DNA from: a virus | DNA: 62,695 nucleotides | Direction: 5' to 3' (one strand) | Virus record (IMG/VR): IMGVR_UViG_3300002461_000278 | Location: 1-62,695 of that record | Shown: piece after piece, positions 24,773-33,686 of the stretch | Layout: each line of letters begins with the position of its first letter | How positions within the stretch are numbered: position 1 is the first letter of the stretch | Program-made: the position numbers and the translations under genes | The notes under the pieces: generated by a model | What the model was told of the DNA's origin: nothing | What the model saw: the letters and a program-made list of their open reading frames with translations, nothing else | Databases searched by the model: none

Positions 24773-26222
24773 TCTGTTCTTCCTGCTTACGGTCGCCTGC
24801 CGTCGTAAGGACGTAAACCACGATTGGCTGTTCGACCGGTGCCGAGAGGTACAGGACGCACCGAACGGCTACCTCGATTTGTGGGCGCGCGAGCACTACA
24901 AGTCGTTCATCATCACCTTCGGGCTTTCGCTGCAGGACATTCTCGCCAGCCACGGCGAGGATCCGGAGCCCCGCTATGGCGGGCGCGAAGTCACGATCGG
25001 CATCTTTTCGTACAATCGGCCGGAAGCGAAGAAGCCGCTCCGCCAGATCAAGCAGGAGTGCGAGAACAATCGCGAGCTGCAGGCGCTCTTTCCCGATGTG
25101 TTGTGGGGCGAGAGCACCAAGGCCGCACCGAAATGGTCCGAAGACGACGGCCTGATCTTCCGGCGCAAGACCAATCCGAAGGAAGCGACGGTCGAGGCGC
25201 ACGGCCTGGTCGATGGCCAGCCGATCGGCATGCACTTCTTCATCTGCGTCTACGACGACGTGGTGACGGACAAGTCAGTCACCGAGCTGATGATCCCCAA
25301 GACCACCGCGGCTTGGGAATTGTCGCTCAATCTCGGCACAGAGGGCGGGTGGGTCCGGTACATCGGGACGCGCTACCACCTGTTCGATACCTATTCCGTG
25401 ATGATGTCGCGCGGCATCAAGGCGCGCATCTACCCGTGCACGTCGGACGGCTCCGAAGACTTCGACAAGGCGGTGCTGCGCACCAAGGCCTTTCTCGCCG
25501 AGAAGCGCCGCCTGCAGGGGCCTTACACGTTCGGAGCGCAGATGCTGCTCAATCCGAAGGCTGACACCGCGCAGGGCTTCAAGGAAGAATGGCTCAAGCG
25601 CTGGCCGAACGAGAACACGGACGGCCTCAATCTCTACATCGTGGTCGATCCGGCCTCGAAGAAGAAGAAGACCAGCGACTTCACGACGATGCTGGTTATC
25701 GGTGTTGCCGGCGACGACAACTATTACCTCGTTGACGGCGTGCGCGATCGCCTCAACCTGACCGAGCGCGCCAAGTGGCTGTTCAAGCTGCATCGCCGCT
25801 GGCGACCGCTGGGCGTGGGCTACGAGGAATACGGCCAGCAGGCCGACATCGAGCACATGCTGTCGGAGATGGACCGGCAGAACTACCGGTTCACCATCAC
25901 GCCGCTCGGCGGTCAGATTGCAAAGCCCGACCGCATTAAGCGCCTGATACCGATCTTCGAGCAGGGGCGCATGTACCTGCCGCAGCACGGCATCCTGATC
26001 AAGAACTACGAAGGCCAGATGATCGACGTCGTGCGTTCCTTCATTGAGGAGGAATACACGGCGTTCCCGGTCAGCAAGCACGACGACATGCTTGATTGTA
26101 TGGCCCGCATCCTCGAGCCCGACCTCGGCGTTATCAAGCCCGAGCCGCGCGAGACCTTGAAGCCCAAATGGCTCGAGGACCTCGAGGACGACAACGACAC
26201 CGCAGACTTCATCACCAGCTAA
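24597..26222 (+). CDS. terL: Terminase large subunit
   Basis: The ATPase region has YLDLWAREHYKS. The C-terminal nuclease-like region has KHDDMLDCMARI. The start may instead be ATG 24648. Confidence 0.8.
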   Translation: MNSETSSAPASAPPPLLMLEQRPKTRLETIQWYRTVLAAAAQRSPEHLRQAKRWLCRNDLFFLLTVACRRKDVNHDWLFDRCREVQDAPNGYLDLWAREHYKSFIITFGLSLQDILASHGEDPEPRYGGREVTIGIFSYNRPEAKKPLRQIKQECENNRELQALFPDVLWGESTKAAPKWSEDDGLIFRRKTNPKEATVEAHGLVDGQPIGMHFFICVYDDVVTDKSVTELMIPKTTAAWELSLNLGTEGGWVRYIGTRYHLFDTYSVMMSRGIKARIYPCTSDGSEDFDKAVLRTKAFLAEKRRLQGPYTFGAQMLLNPKADTAQGFKEEWLKRWPNENTDGLNLYIVVDPASKKKKTSDFTTMLVIGVAGDDNYYLVDGVRDRLNLTERAKWLFKLHRRWRPLGVGYEEYGQQADIEHMLSEMDRQNYRFTITPLGGQIAKPDRIKRLIPIFEQGRMYLPQHGILIKNYEGQMIDVVRSFIEEEYTAFPVSKHDDMLDCMARILEPDLGVIKPEPRETLKPKWLEDLEDDNDTADFITS

Positions 26223-26236
26223 CCCCGGAGAGACCC

Positions 26237-26449
26237 ATGTTTGCTGCAGTACAGAAAGTCGTTAACGCCCTGATGGGCACCGCCTGGCACGAAAGCGCCG
26301 CCAAGCTCGGCGCGCTCGAATACGCCGGCGACCCGACCAACAACGTCCTGCCGGACTTCGCCGGCCAGTTCTGCAAGGACACGTCGGGCTCGCACCTCTA
26401 TTGGGCCTCGAGCACGACCGCCGCGAGCTGGAAGAAGCTCAACAACTAG
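26237..26449 (+). CDS. Hypothetical protein (70 aa)
   Basis: ATG at 26237 after GGAGAG. Confidence 0.5.
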   Translation: MFAAVQKVVNALMGTAWHESAAKLGALEYAGDPTNNVLPDFAGQFCKDTSGSHLYWASSTTAASWKKLNN

Positions 26450-26476
26450 CGCGCATCGCTTCAACAGGAGCGCACC

Positions 26477-26929
26477 ATGCGCCTCGTCACGATCTCCAAG
26501 ACGCCCGCCGTTGAGGCCTCGCCGGATTATTCCGACGGCGACGTCATCGGCGGCAAGCTCACGCTCGCCGGCGCGGTGACAGCGCTGGGCAATGGCGGAG
26601 CCATCGTGGCGGCGGCGGTCTATTCCAAGGTCGATATCGGCGCCAGCATCCCGATCCGGGGCATTGTGTTCAACGCCGACCCGACCGCCTCGACCTTCAC
26701 CGAGAACAGCGCGCCGACCATCCATGCCGATGACCTGTCCAAGATCGTTGGCGTCATCGACATGAGCCAGCGGCTCGATCTCGGCACGCCGGTGGCGCTG
26801 TTCGCAGCCGCGCCCCGCATTCCGTTCCGCTGCGATGGCCCGCTGTACGTGGTGCCGATCGCCGGCGGCACGATCAACCTCGGCAGCACGTCGGATCTGA
26901 CGTTCGTGTTCGGCATCGAACGCGAATAG
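26477..26929 (+). CDS. Hypothetical virion-module protein (150 aa)
   Basis: ORF track, with AGGAG upstream. Confidence 0.6.
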   Translation: MRLVTISKTPAVEASPDYSDGDVIGGKLTLAGAVTALGNGGAIVAAAVYSKVDIGASIPIRGIVFNADPTASTFTENSAPTIHADDLSKIVGVIDMSQRLDLGTPVALFAAAPRIPFRCDGPLYVVPIAGGTINLGSTSDLTFVFGIERE

Positions 26930-26931
26930 CC

Positions 26932-28887
26932 ATGAAGTTCGGGCCGGTCCCACCCAAGAAGGTCCCTGTCCAGGACCCCTTCAAGGTGCTGCTGCTGGCC
27001 GAACGCTGGCAGCGTGCTTCCCATGCTCACCAAGGCTGGGCCGAGCGAGCGCTCCGGTCGTTCGATTTCTTCGAGGGGCGGCAATACTCGGCCGCGCAGA
27101 TCGCCAAGCTGGCCGGGCAGGGACGCCCGAGCTTCAAGTTCAACATCATCGGCTCGCTGGTGCGCCTGGTGCTCGGCTATCAGGGCAACCACAAGACCGA
27201 CATCACCTTCCAGCCCGGCAACGACGCGCGCTCGAGCGAGAACGTCGCCACCGCGCTGTCAGCGCTGGAGAAGGCGATCGCCACGGGCTGCGGCCTGCAA
27301 TACACCGACGTCGAAGTGTTCCTCGACGGCTTGGTCGGCGGCCGCGGCTTCTACGACACGCGGCTTGATTTCGAGAACAACGACTTTGGCGAGGTGTCCA
27401 CCCGGGCTTCCGATCCGTTCGCAACGAAGATCGACCCCGACGCCGATACCTACGATCTGAACAAGTCTGCCTCCTACGTCATGACCGACAAGATGGTGTC
27501 GATCGACGAGCTGGAGGCGGCTTTCGGCAAGGGCACCACGGACCTGATCCGGCCCTTCACCATGGGTCAGACGCCGGTGGCGCCGATCTCGAGCATGGCG
27601 GTCAATGACGACCTGACGCCGCTGCGCTACTTCGGCGAGCGCGAGGACGCCACCGATTGGTGGGACCAGTATTACGGAATGATGGGCGACTTCGTCGACA
27701 CCTACCGCAAGACGATCCGCATCATCGAGGCCCAATACAAGATCCGCGAGCCGCGCAACGTCATCATCGACCTCGAGACCGGCGACAAGAAGACGCTGCC
27801 GGAAAACTGGAACGAGGAGAAGATCGCCAAGACGCTGTTCTACTGCCAGCAGATCGGCAATCCGTGCGTCGTTGAGAACCGGATGGTTCAACGCGTGCAC
27901 TGGACCACCTTCGCCGGCGACCTGCTGCTGTACGACTCGGCGTCGATGTACGACCGCTTCACGATTTCGGGCTACTTCCCGTATTTCCGGCGTGGCTTCA
28001 CCAAGGGCATGGTCGAAGACCTGATCGACCCGCAGATGGAGAAGAACAAGCGCCGCAATGCGCAGATCGAGATCGTCGGCCGCACCGCCAACGGCGGCTG
28101 GATGTACAACACGGACACGCTGACGCCGAAGCAGAAGCGCAACCTGAAGAAGTTCGGCTCAACGCCCGGCGTCCACATCGAATACAAGGGCGAGAACGCC
28201 CCCAAGCAGATCGAGATGGGTAAATCGCCGCTCCAGCATGAGCGGCTCGAGCGCGAGGCCGATACCGACTTCCACGGCATCTCCGGCATCAACCCCAGCG
28301 CGCTCGGCGAGCTGGACCGCGTTCAATCCGGCAAGGCGATCGAGGCGCGCACGCGTCAGGCCGTCCTGTCGGTGCAGAGCTATCTCGACAATTTCCAGCG
28401 CGCCAAGGTCCTGCTCGGCCAGGCGCACCTTGAGATTGTGCAGAACCACTACACCGAGCCGCGCTTCTATCGGGTGCTTGGCGAGGACAGCAAGCTCACC
28501 AAGCTGCTCATCAACGACATGCAGGTTGACCCTTCGAGCGGCGTCAAACGCATCCTCAATGACGTGACGCTCGGCAAATACACCGCGATCGTGGACCCGG
28601 CGCCGCTCTCGGCGACGTTCCAGCAGGCGCAGTTCGAGGAAATGATGGAGATCCTCGAGAAGATGGGCCCGGCCGGTCAGATGGTCCTGCCTGCCGTCGT
28701 GGATCTGATCGTCGGCATGTCCTCGCTGCCGCGCAAGGACGAATGGATCAGCCGCCTGCAGCAGGTTCTTGGTGGCGGTCAGCAGCAGCAGGGCGCGCCT
28801 GGTGCTGGCGCTCCGGGCGCCCCACCGATTCCGGGACAGGCGCCGCCGCCGGCGCAGCTCCCGCCACCTACCGCCGTACCGGCGTAA
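26932..28887 (+). CDS. Portal protein
   Basis: 651 aa. It is positioned after terL, has the N-terminal segment FFEGRQYSAAQIAKL...FKFNIIGSLV, and carries a Gln/Pro/Ala-rich tail. Confidence 0.7.
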   Translation: MKFGPVPPKKVPVQDPFKVLLLAERWQRASHAHQGWAERALRSFDFFEGRQYSAAQIAKLAGQGRPSFKFNIIGSLVRLVLGYQGNHKTDITFQPGNDARSSENVATALSALEKAIATGCGLQYTDVEVFLDGLVGGRGFYDTRLDFENNDFGEVSTRASDPFATKIDPDADTYDLNKSASYVMTDKMVSIDELEAAFGKGTTDLIRPFTMGQTPVAPISSMAVNDDLTPLRYFGEREDATDWWDQYYGMMGDFVDTYRKTIRIIEAQYKIREPRNVIIDLETGDKKTLPENWNEEKIAKTLFYCQQIGNPCVVENRMVQRVHWTTFAGDLLLYDSASMYDRFTISGYFPYFRRGFTKGMVEDLIDPQMEKNKRRNAQIEIVGRTANGGWMYNTDTLTPKQKRNLKKFGSTPGVHIEYKGENAPKQIEMGKSPLQHERLEREADTDFHGISGINPSALGELDRVQSGKAIEARTRQAVLSVQSYLDNFQRAKVLLGQAHLEIVQNHYTEPRFYRVLGEDSKLTKLLINDMQVDPSSGVKRILNDVTLGKYTAIVDPAPLSATFQQAQFEEMMEILEKMGPAGQMVLPAVVDLIVGMSSLPRKDEWISRLQQVLGGGQQQQGAPGAGAPGAPPIPGQAPPPAQLPPPTAVPA

Positions 28888-28899
28888 ACGAGGTACCCC

Positions 28900-29466
28900 A
28901 TGGCCCGTTTGTCCGACGAAAACCTCATCATCACCAAGACGCTGCTCCGCCGGTTCGAGCTGGAGGCCTTCGGCGAGGATGGCGATGGCCGGTTCTATGC
29001 GCTCATCCTGCGCTCGAACGGCGACCTGATCGCCCACAATCCCGGATCGCCCGAGCTGGCGGCCGAGCAATCGCTGTGGGCTGGCGACGTCCTGAAGTTC
29101 CTCAATCGCGAGCTGCACCATGATGGCGCGTGGGTGCTGGTGTTCACCCATCCGAAGCGCTCGATGCAGGACAACCCGCTGCTCGCCTCGAACCTGCAGA
29201 CGCAATATGCCCGCTACGTCATGCTCTGGCTCGACCAGGACGGCGACGTGCAGATCCCGATCGAGTGGATGGAAGGCACAGCCGACGCCACGCTGCGCGA
29301 CTTCGCCGACGTCATGCTCGCCGGCATGGACTGCGCAGGGCAGGCCGCAGAATTCGCCTATCAGGCGTGGAACGAGCTGATGGTCAAAGTCCTCGATCGC
29401 CGCGAAGGCGACACCTACAAGCGCGCCAGAGGAGAGCAGGCGCCGAGCAGCAGGGCAGTCCATTGA
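28900..29466 (+). CDS. Hypothetical protein (188 aa)
   Basis: ORF track. Confidence 0.6.
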   Translation: MARLSDENLIITKTLLRRFELEAFGEDGDGRFYALILRSNGDLIAHNPGSPELAAEQSLWAGDVLKFLNRELHHDGAWVLVFTHPKRSMQDNPLLASNLQTQYARYVMLWLDQDGDVQIPIEWMEGTADATLRDFADVMLAGMDCAGQAAEFAYQAWNELMVKVLDRREGDTYKRARGEQAPSSRAVH

Positions 29467-29813
29467 CCGACGAACGTTCGACCCAAGCCGAAGCCGCTGG
29501 CACTCAGGCCCAGCACGAGCAGGTCAAGCAGTCGATGTCGCGCGTCGTACGCAACGTCACTGCCGAGCCGCACGGCCTCGATGCGCTGCTCCGGAACTAC
29601 TGGCCTGTCATCGGCGCGCTGGTGGCGGTTGCCGTGGCGTGGGGTGCTTCGACGATGCAGATCGCGAACGTCGGCTCCAACCTCGACAAGGTGCTGGCCA
29701 AGCTCGACACCGTGTCCGACCAGGTGTCGGGCATCAAGGCGACTGCGACGTACAGCGATCGTGAGATCGTGGATCTGCGCGATCGGGTTTGGAAGCTGGA
29801 GGCGAAGCGATGA
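29463..29813 (+). CDS. Hypothetical single-TM/coiled-coil protein (start uncertain)
   Basis: TTG at 29463 overlaps the preceding stop. The TM segment is YWPVIGALVAVAVAWGAS. Confidence 0.45.
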   Translation: MTDERSTQAEAAGTQAQHEQVKQSMSRVVRNVTAEPHGLDALLRNYWPVIGALVAVAVAWGASTMQIANVGSNLDKVLAKLDTVSDQVSGIKATATYSDREIVDLRDRVWKLEAKR

Positions 29814-30157
29814 GCAAGTACATTGGCGCCCACACGAACGCGGGCGCAGACAACCCGGGTTTCATCAACTTCACGCGTGAGGACGACGGCACCGTGTCGG
29901 TCCATGTGCGCGGCGATCCCACGAAGCGCGAAGGCATCTACATCTGCGGCTACGCCCGGGACAAGGGCCAGCCGGGACGCTGTACGCCCGGCGACGAGCA
30001 CTGCAACAATTATTGCAATCTGGCACCGATCAAGGGCCCGATGCAGGACAGTCCGAAGCCGTGCTCGCATATCGACGCTGCGCCGACTGTAAAGCTCACG
30101 CTGTCGGCGGCGGATTTCGCCGGCTTGAAGTTTGACCTGACCGAGAACGAGAGTTGA
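29810..30157 (+). CDS. Cys-rich hypothetical protein (115 aa)
   Basis: ATG at 29810 forms an ATGA overlap. Cysteines occur in CGY...C..GDEHCNNYC...C. The gene contains the degenerate palindrome TCACGCGTGA at 29871..29880. Confidence 0.55.
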   Translation: MSKYIGAHTNAGADNPGFINFTREDDGTVSVHVRGDPTKREGIYICGYARDKGQPGRCTPGDEHCNNYCNLAPIKGPMQDSPKPCSHIDAAPTVKLTLSAADFAGLKFDLTENES

Positions 30158-30345
30158 GCCTCAACGGCCTCGACGAGGCCTTCAACTGGTTTCGGTCGTT
30201 AGTGAAGAACGAGCGCTACCACGGCGTGCCCTACACGACGTGGCTGCTCTATCGCTGCGAGTGCCTTGACCTGGTCGTGCACGTCCCGTGCATCCGGCAA
30301 GAGTATGCGCCGCCGTGCATGACGCGGCCGGCCAACGACAACTGA
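30154..30345 (+). CDS. Hypothetical protein (63 aa)
   Basis: TTG start overlapping the preceding stop. The composition is protein-like. Confidence 0.4.
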   Translation: MSLNGLDEAFNWFRSLVKNERYHGVPYTTWLLYRCECLDLVVHVPCIRQEYAPPCMTRPANDN

Positions 30346-30954
30346 TTAGTGGGCCAGCTCTGCCTTGATGCACTCTGCGACCGCCCGGCCAAGGGCTGCG
30401 CTGCCGTTGGCCGTGAAATGCACATCGACCGGGATCTGCTCGGCTTGGACGCTGCGGAGCGGGCAGATCGGAATAGCCGCCTGACGCATCACGTCATCGG
30501 CGATCTTGCGAAACTCCTCCTGGACCTCAGGCCGATACGGGGTGCCAGCAGGGACGAAGGTTGTTTCCGCAAAGACCACGCGCGCTTTGGTCTGCTTCAG
30601 CAGGTCAGCGGCTTTCGTCAGAGCGGCGCGATAGTCCTGCGCCGGCACGTTATGAATGAGGTCGTGAAGACCGGCGTTGAACTGGATCACTGACCAGCGG
30701 CGATAGAGCCGGTGATACCAGCGATCCTCAGCGATCCAGTCTTCCAGCCGCTTCACGACGTAGGCGGAGGTGTGGCCGTTCTCGGGGATGTTCTTGACAA
30801 CCGCGACATCGCGCAGCTCGTTGCGGACACTGTCGGCGTATTGAAGGGTGATCGAGTCGCCGATGAGCAGGACGCGCGGCGGTCGAGTGGCGACATACCC
30901 GACCATCACTACGATCGCCAAGAGTGCCGATAGAAGGACAAGACGACGAGCCAT
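30346..30954 (-). CDS. Exported SGNH/GDSL-family hydrolase (moron, opposite strand)
   Basis: It has an N-terminal signal or anchor. Block I is GDSIT, block III is NAGLHD, and block V is DVHFT. Confidence 0.75.
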   Translation of the reverse strand: MARRLVLLSALLAIVVMVGYVATRPPRVLLIGDSITLQYADSVRNELRDVAVVKNIPENGHTSAYVVKRLEDWIAEDRWYHRLYRRWSVIQFNAGLHDLIHNVPAQDYRAALTKAADLLKQTKARVVFAETTFVPAGTPYRPEVQEEFRKIADDVMRQAAIPICPLRSVQAEQIPVDVHFTANGSAALGRAVAECIKAELAH

Positions 30955-31081
30955 GCAGCGCCCCTAAAGCTTGCTGATCTTCCAGCAACCTTAGCGGTGG
31001 CGATCCGGCATTGCACGTAAGCGATCAATAAAAATCGGGGTTCAGTCCGAGTTTTCCCCCTCACCACACATCGGCGGGGGA

Positions 31082-31116
31082 CGTTTTAACGCACCAGCGG
31101 GCTTCCTATTGGGTCG
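31082..31116 (-). repeat. 35-bp element, copy B (inverted partner of 20705..20739)
   Basis: The reverse complement is CGACCCAATAGGAAGCCCGCTGGTGCGTTAAAACG. On the minus strand it lies 128 nt upstream of the SGNH hydrolase start. Confidence 0.9.
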
Positions 31117-31135
31117 CGATCGCGTTGCGAACGCC

Positions 31136-31151
31136 GTTTTTAATTAAAAAC
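31136..31151. repeat. A/T-core perfect palindrome GTTTTTAATTAAAAAC
   Basis: 16-bp palindrome with 14 consecutive A/T in roughly 65% GC DNA. It lies between the divergent SGNH and scaffold genes. Confidence 0.9.
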
Positions 31152-31168
31152 CGAAATCACGACGCGCC

Positions 31169-31180
31169 GTCACGCGTGAC
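31169..31180. repeat. GTCACGCGTGAC palindrome, copy 5
   Basis: Exact 12-mer followed by AG. It lies 100 nt upstream of the scaffold ATG. Confidence 0.9.
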
Positions 31181-31279
31181 AGGCAGCTCAGAGTTCGCCC
31201 GCCGGCAGCGACATGCCGGCAAAGGTGCCGCCGACCTCGAAGGGCGCTTCCGCAGCCATCCCGCGACAGGAGATGACCC

Positions 31280-32461
31280 ATGACGACCGGGAACGATCCC
31301 GCATTGAAGCCCGACGACGGGCAGTCAGCACAGCAGACCGAGAACCAGCAGCAGACCGGCGCACAGCCGCAAGCCAATGGCCAAGGTCCTGGACTGACCT
31401 TCACCGATCCGCAGCCCGAACAGGATGCGGACGAGATCACGCTGCAACAGTTGGAGGCCACGGCAAAAGCCGAGGAGGCCGGGACCGCCAACGGACAGCA
31501 GCAGGGTACGGGTGACGGCAAGGATCCCGCGCACCAGGCACAGACGAACGGACAACAGGGCCAGCAGCAGGCACCGAACGGGCAGCAGCCCGCCGGTGAC
31601 AGCGGCATCATGGTCCCGAAGGCCCGGCTCGACTCGGTGCTGAGTGAGCGCGATCAATTGCGGGAGCAGAATGCCTATCTACGCGGGCAGACTGAGGCGC
31701 TGAACCGCCAGCCGGCGCAAGCCGGTCAGCAGCAGCAACAGCCGCAGCCGCCCACGCACGAACAGCGCCTTGCTGAAATCGCGACCAAACAGGATGCGCT
31801 CGCCAAGCGTTTCGACGATGGCGAGATCACCATGGCCGATTTCAAGCGCGAGGAACGCGTCCTGAATACCGACGAGCAAGCGATCCGCGAGGAAGTGCTT
31901 GCCGCCAAACTCAGGCCCGCCGCCCCAGCGCAACAGCAGCAGGGCGATCCGCTCTATCTCGATCAGTTGACCAGCAAGCTTGAGATCGAACACCCATGGG
32001 TGACGACCTTCAGCCAGTTCGCCGACAAGTCGGGAAGCGATGCCGAATGGGATTACCTCGCCGGTCTGGCGAAGGACAATCTCAAGAAGGCCGGTGTCGC
32101 GTTGAACGGATCGGACGTCGCCAAGTATCAGCTCCGCAAGGAGATCGCAGTGCTGGCCGATCAATACGGCCCGTCACTGCTCGGCGAACGTGCGAAAGCG
32201 TTAGGCATCACCATTCCGGGCGCTCAGCAAGCTCCGAACGGTCAGCAGCAGAATAACCAGCTCAGCCCGCAGGCGGCCGCCCGCAAAGCTGCGCTGGAAA
32301 AAGCTGCCAACCAACCGCCCAATCTGGCCAATCTCACTGGCTCGCAGGGCGATCCCGCAGGGCAGATGTCCGATGAACGTGCCGAGCAACTCAGCGAGGA
32401 CGACTTCGACAAGCTGCCCGATGCGGTCCGCAACAAACTCCTCGGCATTTCCGGTTCTTAA
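31280..32461 (+). CDS. Scaffolding protein candidate (Gln-rich, coiled-coil)
   Basis: 393 aa, immediately upstream of the capsid gene. The composition is Q/E/A-rich. AGGAG lies 7 nt upstream. Confidence 0.55.
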   Translation: MTTGNDPALKPDDGQSAQQTENQQQTGAQPQANGQGPGLTFTDPQPEQDADEITLQQLEATAKAEEAGTANGQQQGTGDGKDPAHQAQTNGQQGQQQAPNGQQPAGDSGIMVPKARLDSVLSERDQLREQNAYLRGQTEALNRQPAQAGQQQQQPQPPTHEQRLAEIATKQDALAKRFDDGEITMADFKREERVLNTDEQAIREEVLAAKLRPAAPAQQQQGDPLYLDQLTSKLEIEHPWVTTFSQFADKSGSDAEWDYLAGLAKDNLKKAGVALNGSDVAKYQLRKEIAVLADQYGPSLLGERAKALGITIPGAQQAPNGQQQNNQLSPQAAARKAALEKAANQPPNLANLTGSQGDPAGQMSDERAEQLSEDDFDKLPDAVRNKLLGISGS

Positions 32462-32474
32462 AACGGGTGCCACT

Positions 32475-33581
32475 ATGGCTGCTACTGACTTCGGCGCGCT
32501 CACCGCAGCGCGCAAGACTATCTGGGCGATGGAGACCTGGAAGGCAGGTCGCGATCGTTCGTTCTTCTTCTCCAAGGGCTTCGTCGGCAAAGACGACAAC
32601 GCCAGCGGCTCGGTCATTCAGCGCGTTACCAAGCTGACCGAGACCGAGCGTGGTCTCGAATGCGTGATGCAGCTCGTCCAGGACCTGCAGGGTGACGGCG
32701 TTGTCGGTGACAACGAACTGACCGGGCAGGAAGAAGCGCTCATCAACGATGCGCAGACCATCCGCATCGACCAGCTCCGCCACGGCACCAAGTCCAAGGG
32801 TGAAATGGCCGAGCAGGCGACGGTCCTCCGCTTCCGCCAGCAGTCGAAGGACAAGCTGGGCTTCTGGGTCGCGGACAAGACCGACGAGCTGATGTTCCTG
32901 ACGCTGTCGGGCCGTGCCTACACGCTCAAGACCGACGGCTCGACCCGCACCGGTTCGCAGCTCCCCTCGCTCAGCTTCGCGGCTGACGTCGCGGCGCCGA
33001 CTTCGAACCGCATCATCTATGCCGGCTCCGCCACGAGCGAAGGCTCGCTGACGACCGCCGACAAGATGTCGTGGAACCTGATCACCCGCGCGAAAGCGAT
33101 GGCGATCCGCAAGCGGCTCAACCCGCTGCGCGACGGCGGCAAGGACTACTACTGCATCGTCATGTCGGCGGAGCAGGAACGCGATCTGGTCAACGATCCG
33201 ACCTATCAGACGATCGTGTCGCGCGCGGCCGAGAAGGGCTCCAAGAACCCGCTGTTCATGGGCTCGATGGCCGTCGTGCAGGGCGTCGTGCTCTACAGCC
33301 ACAACAAGGTGTTCAACACCTTGGGCACTTCGACGAAGTGGGGCTCGGGCAACCTGGTCGATGGCGCGCAGGCCATGCTCCTCGGAGCGCAGGCCGGCGG
33401 TCTCGCCACGATCAAGGAGCCGTTCTGGCGTGAAGCCGAGATCACCGACTACGGCAATCGTCCGGGCATCGGTGTCGGCCGCAAGATCGGCATGCTGAAG
33501 CCGCGCTTCAAGTCGATCTACGACGGCAACGCCCGCGAGGACTTCGCGACGATCGCTGTCAAGACCGCCGCCGCCGCTTAA
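32475..33581 (+). CDS. Major capsid protein (HK97-fold type; resembles the N4 gp56-like family from memory)
   Basis: 368 aa. The call rests on position, a strong terminator downstream, and the segment DLQGDGVVGDNELTGQEEAL. Confidence 0.7.
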   Translation: MAATDFGALTAARKTIWAMETWKAGRDRSFFFSKGFVGKDDNASGSVIQRVTKLTETERGLECVMQLVQDLQGDGVVGDNELTGQEEALINDAQTIRIDQLRHGTKSKGEMAEQATVLRFRQQSKDKLGFWVADKTDELMFLTLSGRAYTLKTDGSTRTGSQLPSLSFAADVAAPTSNRIIYAGSATSEGSLTTADKMSWNLITRAKAMAIRKRLNPLRDGGKDYYCIVMSAEQERDLVNDPTYQTIVSRAAEKGSKNPLFMGSMAVVQGVVLYSHNKVFNTLGTSTKWGSGNLVDGAQAMLLGAQAGGLATIKEPFWREAEITDYGNRPGIGVGRKIGMLKPRFKSIYDGNAREDFATIAVKTAAAA

Positions 33582-33605
33582 TCGCTGCGACGTCTGAACG
33601 CTTAA

Positions 33606-33636
33606 GGCCCGCTCCGGGATCCCGGGGCGGGTTTCT
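33606..33636 (+). terminator. Intrinsic terminator after the capsid gene
   Basis: CCCGCTCCGGG at CCCGGGGCGGG forms a stem with one G-U pair, followed by TTTCT. Confidence 0.6.
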
Positions 33637-33686
33637 ACCATCCGGCGGGACTACACCCGCTCCCACGAAAACAGTGAGTTTGAGCC

